A stretch of DNA of 63,979 bases, counting the filler, from Octopus bimaculoides (lineage: Eukaryota): assembly GCF_001194135.2 (NCBI RefSeq). It is 7 parts of 7 records of this genome, joined end to end, with 100 filler letters (N's around TTAATTAATTAA, not from the genome) between each part and the next. Parts side by side here need not be neighbours in the genome. Positions count along the whole stretch, not along the records: positions 23,284 to 42,147 come from NC_068983.1; 6 more parts are not named here. One strand, written 5' to 3'. The notes below the pieces were generated by a model that worked only from the letters and a program-made list of their open reading frames with translations, did no database searches and had not been told where the DNA came from. Below are positions 26,801 through 38,167 of this stretch, in pieces. A program made the position numbers and the translations under genes. The number at the start of each line of letters is the position of its first letter. Position 1 is the stretch's first letter.

Positions 26801-28675
26801 AACGAGGTGGTGGAACAATGTTGTTGACAGGGCTATTAGACAAAAGAAACAGGCTTGGAAGGACTGGAAGAATGGTGGTGGAAGAGAATTGTATCAGACT
26901 GCCAGAAGGGAGGCTAGGCGACAGGTTTATTTAGCCAGAGAGGAAGCAGATAAGAAAAAATTTGCCAATGTTCTGCGCCGTGAGGACCCAAGACTTGAGG
27001 TATTTCGTGTTGCAAGACAGTGTGTGAGAGAGAATCGTGATGTCGTGGGAGAGAAATGTGTTCGCATGGATGATGGTACACTTGCACTAAACGAGGCTAC
27101 AAAGAAAGATTGCTCAATAAAGAGAATGAATGGGAGAAAGAGAGTTTGCCGAATGTCGACCCAACAGAAGGACCAGCTATCCGAGTTGACAGTACCATGG
27201 TAGATAAAGCAATTAAGAGTATGAAGACAGGGAAGGCCTCCGGCCCATCAGGAATCACTGCAGAGATGCTCAAAATATCTGGCAGTGTCAGCTATAGCCT
27301 AGTCCCCCGTATTGTTAACCAGGTAATACACGAAGGAGTCATGCCCAATGACTGGTGTAGCAGCACCATAGTCAACTGCTACAAAGGTAAAGGTGATGCT
27401 TTAGATACAAATAATTATAGAGGTATCAAGTTGTTAGATCAGGTAATGAAAGTCACAGAGAGGGTCATAGCCCAACTACTTAGGGAGCGAGTCAGTTTAG
27501 ATGAGATGCAGTTTGGGTTTGTGCCTGGGAAAAGCACCACTGATGCTATATTTCTGGTAAGACAGCTTCAGGAGAAATACCTAGCCAAGGATAAACCTCT
27601 GTACCTGACTTTCGTTGACATGGAGAAAGCCTTTGACAGGGTGGTCAATGAGGAAACTAGGGATAGAAGAATGGTTAGTGACAGCTGTGCGAGCCATGTA
27701 CAGAGACGCTGTCAGTAAGGTGAGGGTTGGCAATGAGTACAGTGAAGAATTCCGGGTAGAGGTAGGGGTCCACCAAGGTTCTGTCCTCAGCCCCCTCCTA
27801 TTTATCATAGTCCTCCAGGACATGGAAACGGTAATGGAATAAAAACTCACTTGCTGAAAGATTCAGATGCAGCACCAAAGATAGCAACTTCATCAGCATT
27901 GGCTTTCAGCTGAAGAATAAGAAAAAGTTATTTTTGGAAAAATAAGAGACAGTGGGTGAATGAATATATAACATATAAGAATATTAAACCAAGCACAGGT
28001 AAAATTTCTCCAGGCTTCACTTCATCATTTCTTTAAAAACACTTTTTGACGAGAGCAAAAATAGATAACACCCACAATCACATAGGTGACTGACTGGTGT
28101 TAGAAAAGTCATTTTAACCATAACAATAGAAATGCAAGCATTAGTGTATCGTTGAGAAGTTTGCTTCTTTCCTTTCCTGAGCATCCAATAACACTGTACT
28201 TATTCCACGTCCTCACGTTGTTGTTTTTTCGTGTTTTTTCTTGCTTACTCTTTTTACTCTTTTACTCTTTTACTTGATTCAGTCATGTGACTGTGGCCAT
28301 GCTAGAGCACCGCCTTTAGTCAAACAAATCGACCCCAGGACTTATTCTTTGAACGCCTAGTACTTATTCTATCGGTCACTCTTTGCTGAACTGCTAAGTT
28401 ATGGGGACGTAAACACACCAGCATCGGTTGACAAACACAGACACACAAACATATACACACACACATATATATATATACATATATACGACGGGCTTCTTTC
28501 AGTTTCCATCTACCAAATGCACTCACAAAGCTTTGGTCTGTCTGAGGCTATAGTAGAAGACACTTGCCCAAGGTGCCACGCAGTGGGACTGAACCCAGAA
28601 GCATGTGGTTCATAAGCAAGCTACTTACTACACAGCCACTCCTACGCCTATATTGCTTGTTCATGTGTGTATTGA

Positions 28676-28722
<47 letters not shown>

Positions 28723-31700
28723 AGGATATGTTGTGGGGATAAGATTCAATGAGGCAGATTGGAGATAGAGAGAAGTGGGGTACAGTGGATGGTGAGCATT
28801 GGTAAGGGAAATGGAATGGTGTTGGGATGATGGGATATGAGGGAGTTTTGTAAGGGATCTCATCTAACCCATCAACTATCCATGAACACATTAGTTACAC
28901 ACTCACTAGATTTAGCAGTGTAACAATTGAATAGTTGATGAGCTAGATAAAGTGCTGACGGAAGCGCAATAACCCTTGAAATAGGTATATATCAAAACAC
29001 TGGGAAATGTTGCTAATCACTATTTCCATCACTTTTGAGATGTTAGCAGTGAAAGCTTATGCAACATCACTTCAGTTTCTTAGCAGATTACCAGATGCAA
29101 CTTTGAGTTACCACAGCACATTATATGCAATTATAGTAGAGTTAAAATGTCTCAGTGTTTCAAGTAGTAGAACATTTTAAGAAAAATAAAGACTTTACAT
29201 TTATAATCTAACAATTTGTGAGTGTAGAGACTGGTACTATAGTAGAAGGTACCTGAAGAGTTGATCCCAAGATTAAATTATGTAACTGAAAAGAAGTTTC
29301 TACAGATTTATGACAGTTATGAAAATGTTATGAAGGTTTAAATAAAGACTTTCTCCACAAATCAAGCAGAAAAATAGATTAGCACGGTATACTCACAGCA
29401 CCTTCAAATCCCTTGAGATTAGGAGTTAACACAGAGTAGATAACATTACTATGTCTTTGAATACCAGCCATCACTTCCTCATGATCACCTAACTGTCAAG
29501 AAAGAAAATAGAGAAAATATGTTAAAAATAAGATAAAATACATCCAGATGAAAGCTTTGTTTTCATTTTGACATATTTTTTACAAATATTTCTCTGAACA
29601 AGAAATAGCTGGAAGATTCTGGAAAGGTTAACATTGTAGAAATTCAAATGTTTTTACCCTGATTGTGAAACCACTCCATCTTTAACTCTATTTCTTAAAC
29701 CTTGTACATAAGAATGTAATTTAATGTAATTTGGTTTTGGAGATTTGGAGTCTAAAATCTAAATGTAATATATAAAGACATTGAGAAAACCAAATTCAAC
29801 ACATTTTTAAAGCAATTCATCGTTTAACGTCCACTTTCCATGCTAGCATGGGTTGGATGATTTCACTGAGGACTGGTGGACCAAGTGGCTACACCAGGCT
29901 CCAATCTGATCTGGTGTCACGTAACTGGCACCCATGCAGGTGGCACGAAAAAAAGCACCTTTAGAGCATTGAACCTCACAGAGGCAAGGTGACCGATGCT
30001 AGTGGCACATAAAAAGTGTCTTTCGAGTATTGGGCCTTACGGAGGCAATGACACGTGATCAGGACCTTTGGCATTACGTCATGAAGACCCATCAAGCCAA
30101 GTGAAATCGTAGTCATGGTAGATATTGGTGTCACACAAATGGCACCCATGCCAGTGGCATGTAAAAGCACCCATTACACTCTTGGAGTGGTTGGTATTAG
30201 GAAGGGCATCCAGCTATAGAAATCATGCCAAATCAGACTGGGGTCTGGTGCAGCCTTCCAGCTTGCCAGCCCTGATCAAACTGTCCAACCCATGCCAGCA
30301 TGGACAACGAACGTTAAATGATGATGGTGATGATTCTTCATCAAAGCAATGACAGCTTCAGTATTTCACATAATCTAAGTTAACCCTTTGGCATTCAGAT
30401 TGCTTTGTCAAATGTAATACTTATTTATTCACAGTTTTAAATTAATCATGCATTGTTTTGAATTAATCATGCATTATCTCATAACTTTGAGATTGCAATG
30501 ACTGATTGTTTATTTTTTTAACACATTGCAGGGTAGGTATGAGAGGCCAGATCTGGCTGGTTTGAACATAAAACAGATAGAATATTTTATCTGGATATGG
30601 TCGGTTTAAATGCTAAACAGTTAAACAAAGTTGAATTACTGAAAGACCTGATGCAGTAATTGACAGAATTCAAACTGCTGACTCGCCATGACAACAACTC
30701 TAGTTTTGTGTAGGCAGATCTATATATAACCTAATGCCAATTCTCCTTTGGAAAATTAATACCTTTGTAATAAACCTGAAAATCACTATTTCATACACTA
30801 AATATATTACCCCTAATGTACCTACCACACACATATCTCATTCAAACAAATATAAGGAATGTTGACTTACTTGTGGCACCCATTTGGGTGAAACAAAACT
30901 TGTTACTTCGATATTAGAAAAGCCTGCCTGGGACAGTTTGTTAATAAATTCAATTTTTGTTGCAGTTGGTATCTTAGTCTGAAATTAGAAGCACAGAAAA
31001 GGTAGAGTTTACATATGTGTGAGTGTGTGTACGTACGTACATACATACGTACATACATACATACATGTTTATTATTATGTCAAGTTTATTCTTAATAAAG
31101 AAATCATTATATATGGCATTAATAACATCTGTGTGTATGTCTCATTTATCAGTCTGTAAGAAGCATATGTGTGCGTATATATATATAGATCATCATCATC
31201 ATCATCGTTTAACATCCGCTTTCCATGCTAGCATGGGTTGGACGATTTGACTGAGGACTGGTGAAACTGGATGGCAACACCNNNNNNNNNNGAGGACTGG
31301 TGAAACTGGATGGCAACACCAGCCTCCAATCTGATTTGGCAGAGTTTCTACAGCTGGATGCCCTTCCTAATACCAACCACTCAGAGAGTGTGGTGGGTGC
31401 TTTTACGTGTCACCAGCATGAAGGTCAGTCAGGCGGTACTGGCAATGGCCACGCTCAAAATGGTGTATTTTATGTGCCACCCGCACAAGAGCCAGTCCAG
31501 GGGCACTGGCAACGATCTCACTCAAAAATCCTACGAAGGCCAGTCAGGCGGTACTGGCATGCAAATGACATCNNNNNNNNNNCTCACTCAAAAATCCTAT
31601 GAAGGCCAGTCAGGCGGTACTGGCATGCAAATGACATCCATGCCGGTGGCACATAAAAGCACCCATTACACTTTTGGAGTGGTTGGCATTAGGAAGGGCA

Positions 31701-34700
31701 TCCAGCCATAGAAAACCATGCCAAATCAGACTGGAGTCTGCTGCAGCCTTTCAGCTTGCCAGCTCTGGTCAAACCATCCAACCCATGCCAGCATGGACAA
31801 CAGACATTAAATGATGATGATGATGATATATATGTATATATATATAAAACAATATATACTACCTTGTAGGTGGGTATATGGAAGAATATGTATATGGGAG
31901 TTGGAAAAGTATATCTACTAGCTTTTTATTTTTTCCAACTGCTTCAATAAATCAACTTTCAAAAGAGGCTGATATGAGTGTAGAATGGGGCCAGCTGTTT
32001 TGTCACGAAATACAGGAAGTAATTTAGAGCCTTCACACAAGCAAAGAAACAGTTAATAAGCTCTGAAATAGTCACTCTCCATCACTTATCATTTCTAAAT
32101 GCTTAATTTTACTCTTCTTTTTATTTCTTATTCTGTTTAGCACTTTCTTCCTTGTAATCTGACTATGAAGAAAGAATTGCAATTTATTGTCAACCAGACC
32201 AATTTTTTGGCGTATTTTGATTATAATTGTATTTTGTCTGTCACTATATGTATGGGTTTAGTTTTGTCTATAAACTGCTGAAAATGACACATTACTTTGG
32301 GTATGCATTCTCGCATTGAGTGCAATGACAGTAGGATCTTACAAAGGACTTATTTAAACAGTGACCTGAGGAGGCACATTTTACACCTTGGATGAATGAC
32401 ACTGATTACACATCTCACCAATATACTACAGGTGTAAAATGTACTGAAACAGTTGTAGTGATTTTAAATAAAGAATGTTGTTCATTCCATTTTCAATCAT
32501 CTATATATATATATATATATACATCAGATTGGAGCCTGGTGTTGCCATCTGGTTTCACCAGTCCTCAGTCAAATCGTCCAACCCATGCTAGCATGGAAAG
32601 CGGACGTTAAACGATGATGATGATGATGATACACACACACACACATGTATGTATCATCATCATGTTCCATAATGGCATGGATTAGACTAAAAAAAATATG
32701 AGGTGCTTCATAAATTTGCATGTCATCCTTGCACAGGGGCCATGCTAATGTTCTCTGTATCATTCCAATTCTAAAATATGCACAGCCACATACATATATA
32801 TATTACACATACGCACACATACAATTTATACATGGACAGTTAAATTTATATTCATTTTTACTCTCAATATTCAGCTAACTAAACAATCTGTTAGTGTTTC
32901 AATGAAATACTGACACAGGGCAACTAATTGAATGGCCTCTTAGTATTTCCAGAAATTCAGCCACAGTAAATATACCAAAGCAGCTAATTCCAAGTTGCAC
33001 ACACATAGAAACATGTAGAGATGGTTGCAAACATTGTTAAATACATTAGAAGATACTTAATATATTATAAATTGTTTATAGAGCAAGATTTGAATGACTT
33101 GCTTTGGTAGAACATCCTGGATATTGACTTGTAATGAAAAATACCTATAGCATCTATCAGAGATTTCGCAATTAGTCACAATATCTATTAAGAGTTGTAA
33201 CTGATTGAATTTCCTTCCAAACATATTTTCATTGTCTAAAAAAATTACAAGCAAAAGCCACTTAATCAGTATTTGAACTTATAATGTAAATGGTTCGAGA
33301 CTAAATACTAAAATGTCTTAAATCAATGTCGTCAGAAACGAAAGACACATTAGATAATGTAGTCCTAGTTACACAGCAACAGCAAAAAAAAAAAAAACGG
33401 AAAGTCACATCCGAAGTATTCTTCATCATAAGTCTGCACACTTAGAACTAATCTGTAACAAAATGCTGTTATTAATACAAATATTTAAAAGTATTCAATT
33501 TTATAGTGAAATAAATAGATAATTTATTAGATCGAAAACATATTCCAGTGAAAACTCAAACTGCTTTACAAACCTTCTCATTTTGAAGGCCGTCTCGTGG
33601 GCCCACTTCTACCACTTTCACAAAACTTGGTAAACCGGCAACCTATAAATGAAGGGAGATTACTCTAATGACTGATTATATCACAACAATCACTACCAGC
33701 ATTCGACAGTCAAAAGCAAAAGATGAAACTATTGAATAATTTTTGTATAATAACAACAACAAAGTTTTTAGTACAATATGATTATAGTTTTCTTTCATCT
33801 TCTATTTCTTATACATACGTTTCAAACGTTCAAACAGAGGCATTTTAGCAGCTAGATCCACAGGATAGTTTACTGGTTCCTTGTTTCGTAGATCATGAGT
33901 TGGTATTTAGTCATATAAGTTGCCTTTCACCATGTCCTTGGACTAAAGATGTAACTCATTTTATTTGTTAGGCTACCAAATGGACATGACTTTCTAAAAG
34001 TTCAAAAAAAAATCTCTGAAAAACAAATTGTCATGATAAAGGCTACGTTTGCATGATTATCAGAAAGTTAATCAAAGAAAACAAGTTCTGATAAGCATAT
34101 GTACAGAGTGAATAAAATATTACTCGTTCTGGATAGTTGACTTTGGGGTTCTTTTTTTTTTCTTCTCTAATAATTTGCAACTGATAGTTAATAATAATAA
34201 TGACCATTTATTTATTTCAGAGGTACAGACTAGAAATTTGAAATGGAGTAGCAAGTCGATTAAAACGACCGCAGTACTTGAGTGGTACTTTATCAACCAT
34301 GGAACAATGAAAGAGAGAGTTGATTTCGGCAGGATTTGGACTTAATGCTCTTTTTAAATGGAACAACTAACATTCGCCTTTGTAGCCACAAGGGTTCTCT
34401 CATACTAATAATAAACATTTCACTATTTACCACTACAGCGGTAGTTATAGGAACAACAATAGTAATATAGCGGCGTAAAATTTTCCGTGTTCACCTTTCA
34501 AATTTTTTTATATATTTTTTTCTCACAAACAAAACCTCCTTGTGCTTTCATTTATCAAAAAGTATATTAAAGGAGATGCAAGGATTGTGTCAGTTTATTA
34601 CTTGAAGACGTTAAAAAAAAAAATGACATGAACACATGGTTTAAAGCATGTTGCGGTTCTCGTCATAATGAAACGAAACAAAATCTCTTCAAGGGTGACA

Positions 34701-35066
34701 CGGAAGATAATTATAAAGGTGCATTATAATTTTCTGTTGAGTGTGAATGTTTATTTAAACTCTTGAACTCGGCATATAATTAATATTTTCTATTGAGTTC
34801 GAATGTTTATTTAAAATCTTGAACTCAGCATATATTTAACATGTTAAACTACATCACTACCTTTACTTGATTGAAAAGGAAATTAATTGCGAAGGAAGTT
34901 AATAATTCTTTCCTAACAAGCAGTTACCCAACTAATCCAATCATTTTATGATACTTACTGCTGTTGGTACGTAGTTTTGAAATGTTGACAATGAAACTAT
35001 TTTCAGACATGACCGATATTTACAACATAATCGTTTAACAGACCTCGATAGCACATAAATCGCCAT
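23630..35066 (-). CDS. HMGCL: Hydroxymethylglutaryl-CoA lyase, mitochondrial; multi-exon, 3'-incomplete in this window
   Basis: Eight exons (35066-34959, 33642-33574, 30978-30871, 29492-29397, 27909-27851, 25887-25798, 24850-24787, 23818-23630), all introns GT-AG with matching phases, give 261 aa in frame. Family motifs: [69 protein letters not shown]. Exon sizes 108, 96, 59+90, 64 and 189 match human HMGCL exons 3-7 as recalled (108, 96, 149, 64, 189). Confidence 0.97.
24787..24850 (-). CDS. HMGCL: HMGCL coding exon 6
   Basis: catttag|T+[21 protein letters not shown]|gtaaga, 64 nt. Confidence 0.97.
25480..25740 (+). mobile_element. RTE LINE 3' tail fragment
   Basis: GGGCATCCAGCTGTAGAAAC...TCCAACCCATGCCAGC...TTAAATGATGATGAT matches the 3' end of the RTE at 38168. 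Confidence 0.7.
25798..25887 (-). CDS. HMGCL: HMGCL coding exon 5b
   Basis: ttcctacaaaaag|A+[29 protein letters not shown]+GG|gtaagt, 90 nt. Confidence 0.94.
26729..27819 (+). mobile_element. RTE-clade LINE ORF2 fragment, antisense within HMGCL intron 5a
   Basis: [68 protein letters not shown] and [16 protein letters not shown], with two frameshifts. Confidence 0.93.
27851..27909 (-). CDS. HMGCL: HMGCL coding exon 5a (first part of human exon 5 equivalent)
   Basis: ttcttcag|[19 protein letters not shown]+AA|gtgagt, 59 nt, phase-2 end. Confidence 0.95.
28262..28650 (-). mobile_element. Full-length SINE family B in HMGCL intron 4
   Basis: Minus strand: GGCGTAGGAGTGGCTGTGTAGTAAG (A box) ... 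GGGTTCAGTCCC (B box), then core, microsatellite and (AAAAGAGT)n tail. Confidence 0.85.
29397..29492 (-). CDS. HMGCL: HMGCL coding exon 4
   Basis: cttgacag|[32 protein letters not shown]|gtgagt, 96 nt. Confidence 0.97.
29818..30333. mobile_element. Head-to-head pair of RTE 3' fragments in HMGCL intron 3
   Basis: Minus tail 29818-29914 abuts a plus fragment (29915-30333) that ends in (TGA)n. Confidence 0.8.
30871..30978 (-). CDS. HMGCL: HMGCL coding exon 3
   Basis: atttcag|[36 protein letters not shown]|gtaagt, 108 nt. Confidence 0.97.
31190..31827. mobile_element. Second head-to-head pair of RTE 3' fragments in HMGCL intron 2
   Basis: Minus arm 31190-~31620, plus arm ~31640-31827, both ending in (TGA)n. 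Confidence 0.8.
32689..32788 (-). pseudogene. U6: U6 snRNA retropseudogene in HMGCL intron 2
   Basis: Minus strand reads CATATTTTAGAATTGGAATGATACAGAGAACATTAGCATGGCCCCTGTGCAAGGATGACATGCAAATTTATGAAGCACCTCATATTTTTTTT, collinear with metazoan U6 (ACAGAGA box and AGC triad intact). All five CpGs in the span are mutated and the 5' stem is not recognisable. Confidence 0.92.
33574..33642 (-). CDS. HMGCL: HMGCL coding exon 2
   Basis: tttatag|[23 protein letters not shown]|gtttgt, 69 nt; contains the catalytic Arg-Asp pair. Confidence 0.96.
34959..35066 (-). CDS. HMGCL: HMGCL coding exon 1 (predicted mitochondrial transit peptide)
   Basis: AACATGGCG start context; [36 protein letters not shown] has 6 K/R and no D/E; ends GCA|GTAAGT in phase 0, matching exon 2. 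Assigned by composition and splice fit, not homology. Confidence 0.8.
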
Positions 35067-35929
35067 GTTTCTGATTGCAAGGCAGATCAAGAGAAATAAC
35101 TCTGGTTTCTTCTCACATAATTTTTCATGACTTTTATAATCTCACTAAGAATATTGCCACTTTCGAGATTATTGGTTTCATTTACCTACTGATTTATTTT
35201 ATAAGAAATTCATCACTTTTTTTTTTTTTCAAATACCGCAAGAAAACAATATACATTTTTGACTTAGTACATAGTAATTTCTAAGAGCGAATGCCTTAGT
35301 GTAATTGAAATGAATTTAACTATAAATCGAAAATTCATCCCATAATCAGCTTACCAAGAACATAAACACACACACACACACAAAATACTTGTACTGTGCT
35401 TATATTTTCTATAATTTATAATCTAAGATCAATACTGATTATTGGGTGAGGAAATCATTATTTGTATTACCGTTCTCATAGTTAATGTTTTCAAATTCCT
35501 TGAATGTAAAACAATGTCGAAAGTTTCTTATAATCAACCCATATAATGCCCATTCACCCTTTCTTTCTGACGTTATTTTATCCTTTCCACTTGACTATAA
35601 CATTACAACATACGTTCAGCAATTTATCTTTCATTTTGTTCTCTGGTTTTGATTCAAATAAACGCTGCTCATGACACAGAAAAACGACGCTCCTAAACTA
35701 CCAAACATTCAGTCCAGAAATGATATTTCTGGCAAATATTATGACGAATATCATTGTTTATTTACTTACATGCAATTCAAAATACTGAGAGTAAACTTAT
35801 AATCTCGTACTTTTTTTATTTTATTATATATATATTTTTTTCTCATTTTCTCTCTTTGCAACATGCAGCTCCTTTGATTTGAGAAATATTTTACAGCCAA
35901 CAGGAAATATTTGACTTTGGCAGAAAATA

Positions 35930-37430
35930 TTCCCAAAACAGAATTATATAAATCTTGCTAGCTGTCTTCACAATTCGCACCCATTCAGATCGAGATTGGC
36001 ACTGAACTGCAGTATGAAGCAGCCCTCCACGTCACAAGGAATACTACTTGTGAGGTACCCAAGATAGTTCTTATGTTCTATCTAAAAATTATCTTTACTT
36101 CAATCAGACACGATGTCGTTTTCAATCCCTGTCACTTTGCTTGGTAGACTTCTTGGGAGCCCTATCACATTATCTGGTAGGCTTAACGGGAGCCCTTTCA
36201 TCTATCCTTTTGTGACTAGGACATTTCTTCTGTCTCGCGAGTTTGTGCTTGGCATCGGTGATATTGGTATACTGGGACTTGGCTTGGATTCGAATGTCTG
36301 ACACATTGATAATGCGTGTTTCTCACAACTGAAGTTAACACCTGAGAAACTTGGTCGTAGGAGCTTTAAGTTAACGAACCTAAATAGAGATCTTGGAAAC
36401 TCGACCATTAGCAACAGCAGCAGCATCACCACCATCACCAATATCATCATCCCTCTCAACCACCACTACCACCACCGTTATCATCAACACCATCACAACC
36501 GTCATTGTCAACAACAGTAACGACCTATTTATTAGTTCCATTTCCATCACAATTCCTTGATACAAGATCTTGAGCCAGTTAGGGACCTTCAACATAGTCG
36601 CTTGATCAACTTGAAATAACAAACAAATATTCCACAAATAAAATCCCAGTATTTTAAATACGGAATATGGATAATGTAGTTCTAGATATCCGTAAAAAGT
36701 TGTGGTTTTCATATTTAGAATGTTTTTGATCATGCATTTTCTCAAACAAGGTTGGCCAGAAACACCGGCGCAAAACAACAACTCATATCCACTTCATGTT
36801 TTCCTGACCCTTTATGCAGGCATAGGTCCAGGGCTCAGAAAACCAAAGAGAGATCGACGACTAAGGAACACCTCCTTAAAAAATAAATAAATGACAAAGT
36901 TTAAAAAGACTCACAGCAACCTAATATTTTGAGAGGATCCCTCCACTCTGAAGGACCGAAAGTGTTCTTGCTCTACCTTACAAAAATGTCTCTCAGATGT
37001 CATATCTAAGTAATAAACGAGATCAAAATGTCTATTTTATTTCGTCCATCCTTACATCAATACACATGATCGAAGTCAAATTTCATCCCTAAATTTTAGT
37101 TCGTATATCAAACAAAGGATGAAGGACCGCTTTCCGATTAGTGAGATTGATGTGGTTGATGTATACCTCGAACTATCTGTAAATTAATGTTTGTTGACAA
37201 GGAGGGGGGCTTCAGTCCTGAGAAGAAAGGGTCAGGCATAGTCATTAGCGCAGGGTCTGGCAGATGGGATGCATATCATAAGATTACGAAAGGAGAAGAG
37301 ATGAAAGTGGATCGGGTAGACCTTGATGGAAAGGGCATGCAGCTAATAAATTCTTGTATGAAGGCCGTTCTAGGAGCGATAAAAGACATAAGTAAAAGAA
37401 ACAGTGCTTTTCTGTAAGACAAGAGTTGGT
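35930..37430 (-). mobile_element. Possible ancient RTE-like LINE fossil upstream of HMGCL
   Basis: Correctly ordered but very degraded motifs: HQGLPDPLSSLL (QGxPLSPLL-like), CANDYA (YADD-like), LKAPTTKFLR..LQL*ETRIIN, SHKRIDER, DRAPKKS, RSEWVRIV. Interpretation by eye only. Confidence 0.4.
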
Positions 37431-38167
37431 GTTATGTATTCTTTTGGTTCGTGTTGGGACAATAAACAACTCATTGAAGGTGTTATTATGATTCTATGTC
37501 TTTATTTACTTGGCATGTTTACAAACTGTATATGTATAGCGGAGTGATACACACTGTGCGTATTCGCTTTATTCACAGTTCATACTGTTTACTAAATGCG
37601 CTTAACAAAATAGTACTAATAGTGGGGATGCATTCATATATACGTATGCTTACGCATACACATAGATATGAACATATAACATCCCTTCTTGAAAAAGGAT
37701 CTTTTGGCAATGAAAAAAAATATAGAAGTAATCTCCCTTACACTAATGGATTGTCAGCGCAAGGGTGGCAATCCTGCAGCAGAAACCGTGAGATTGTTCT
37801 GCCCACACACGTGGTTTTCTGCTTCCTAATCTAGCAGAACTAGTTACTATTTACTTTTTTTCTTCCTTTAACGGTATCGATTGGGTGGTAAAATATTCGG
37901 TCTCCATCAGGTGGATCTTGTGCTCCGCACTGATGTCTGAGATGTGCGTAGTGTTGATGTGTTGTTGGGCTGCTGATGGGTGGTTGGTGTTCGTTGAGGT
38001 GATGATTCTGTAGAAGCACGGATTCTGTGTGTGCCGTCATCCGCTGTGGGTGTTGTAGTTCTTGTTGGTGTTGTCACTGATGTTGGAGGTGTTGTGCATC
38101 TCATCCTTGAAAGCTCTGGTGTTGGGTGGATGTGGGCCCTGTTTCGTCTCAGCTGCCTACCAGATTC

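Noticed and set aside
31252-31640. Short direct duplications flanking 10-N gaps (also 9630-9720 and 50690-50835)
   Set aside because: Identical or one-SNP-different sequence on both sides of a fixed 10-N gap indicates unmerged contig overlaps or alleles, not real tandem duplications.
33057-33254. 65-aa minus-strand ORF within HMGCL intron 2 as an alternative exon
   Set aside because: AT-rich, no similarity to HMG-CoA lyase, and exons 2 and 3 already join in frame with the expected sizes.
36202-36609. Two-exon novel gene (85-nt exon, 145-nt GT-AG intron, in-frame ORF to 36202)
   Set aside because: Weak donor (GTCGTT), no recognisable protein, intron ends coincide with an apparent duplication, and another frame resembles a decayed LINE; kept only as a low-interest finding.
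37187-37417. 76-aa plus-strand ORF as a divergent gene sharing the HMGCL promoter
   Set aside because: No recognisable domain or splice partners; the opposite strand carries degraded RT motifs.
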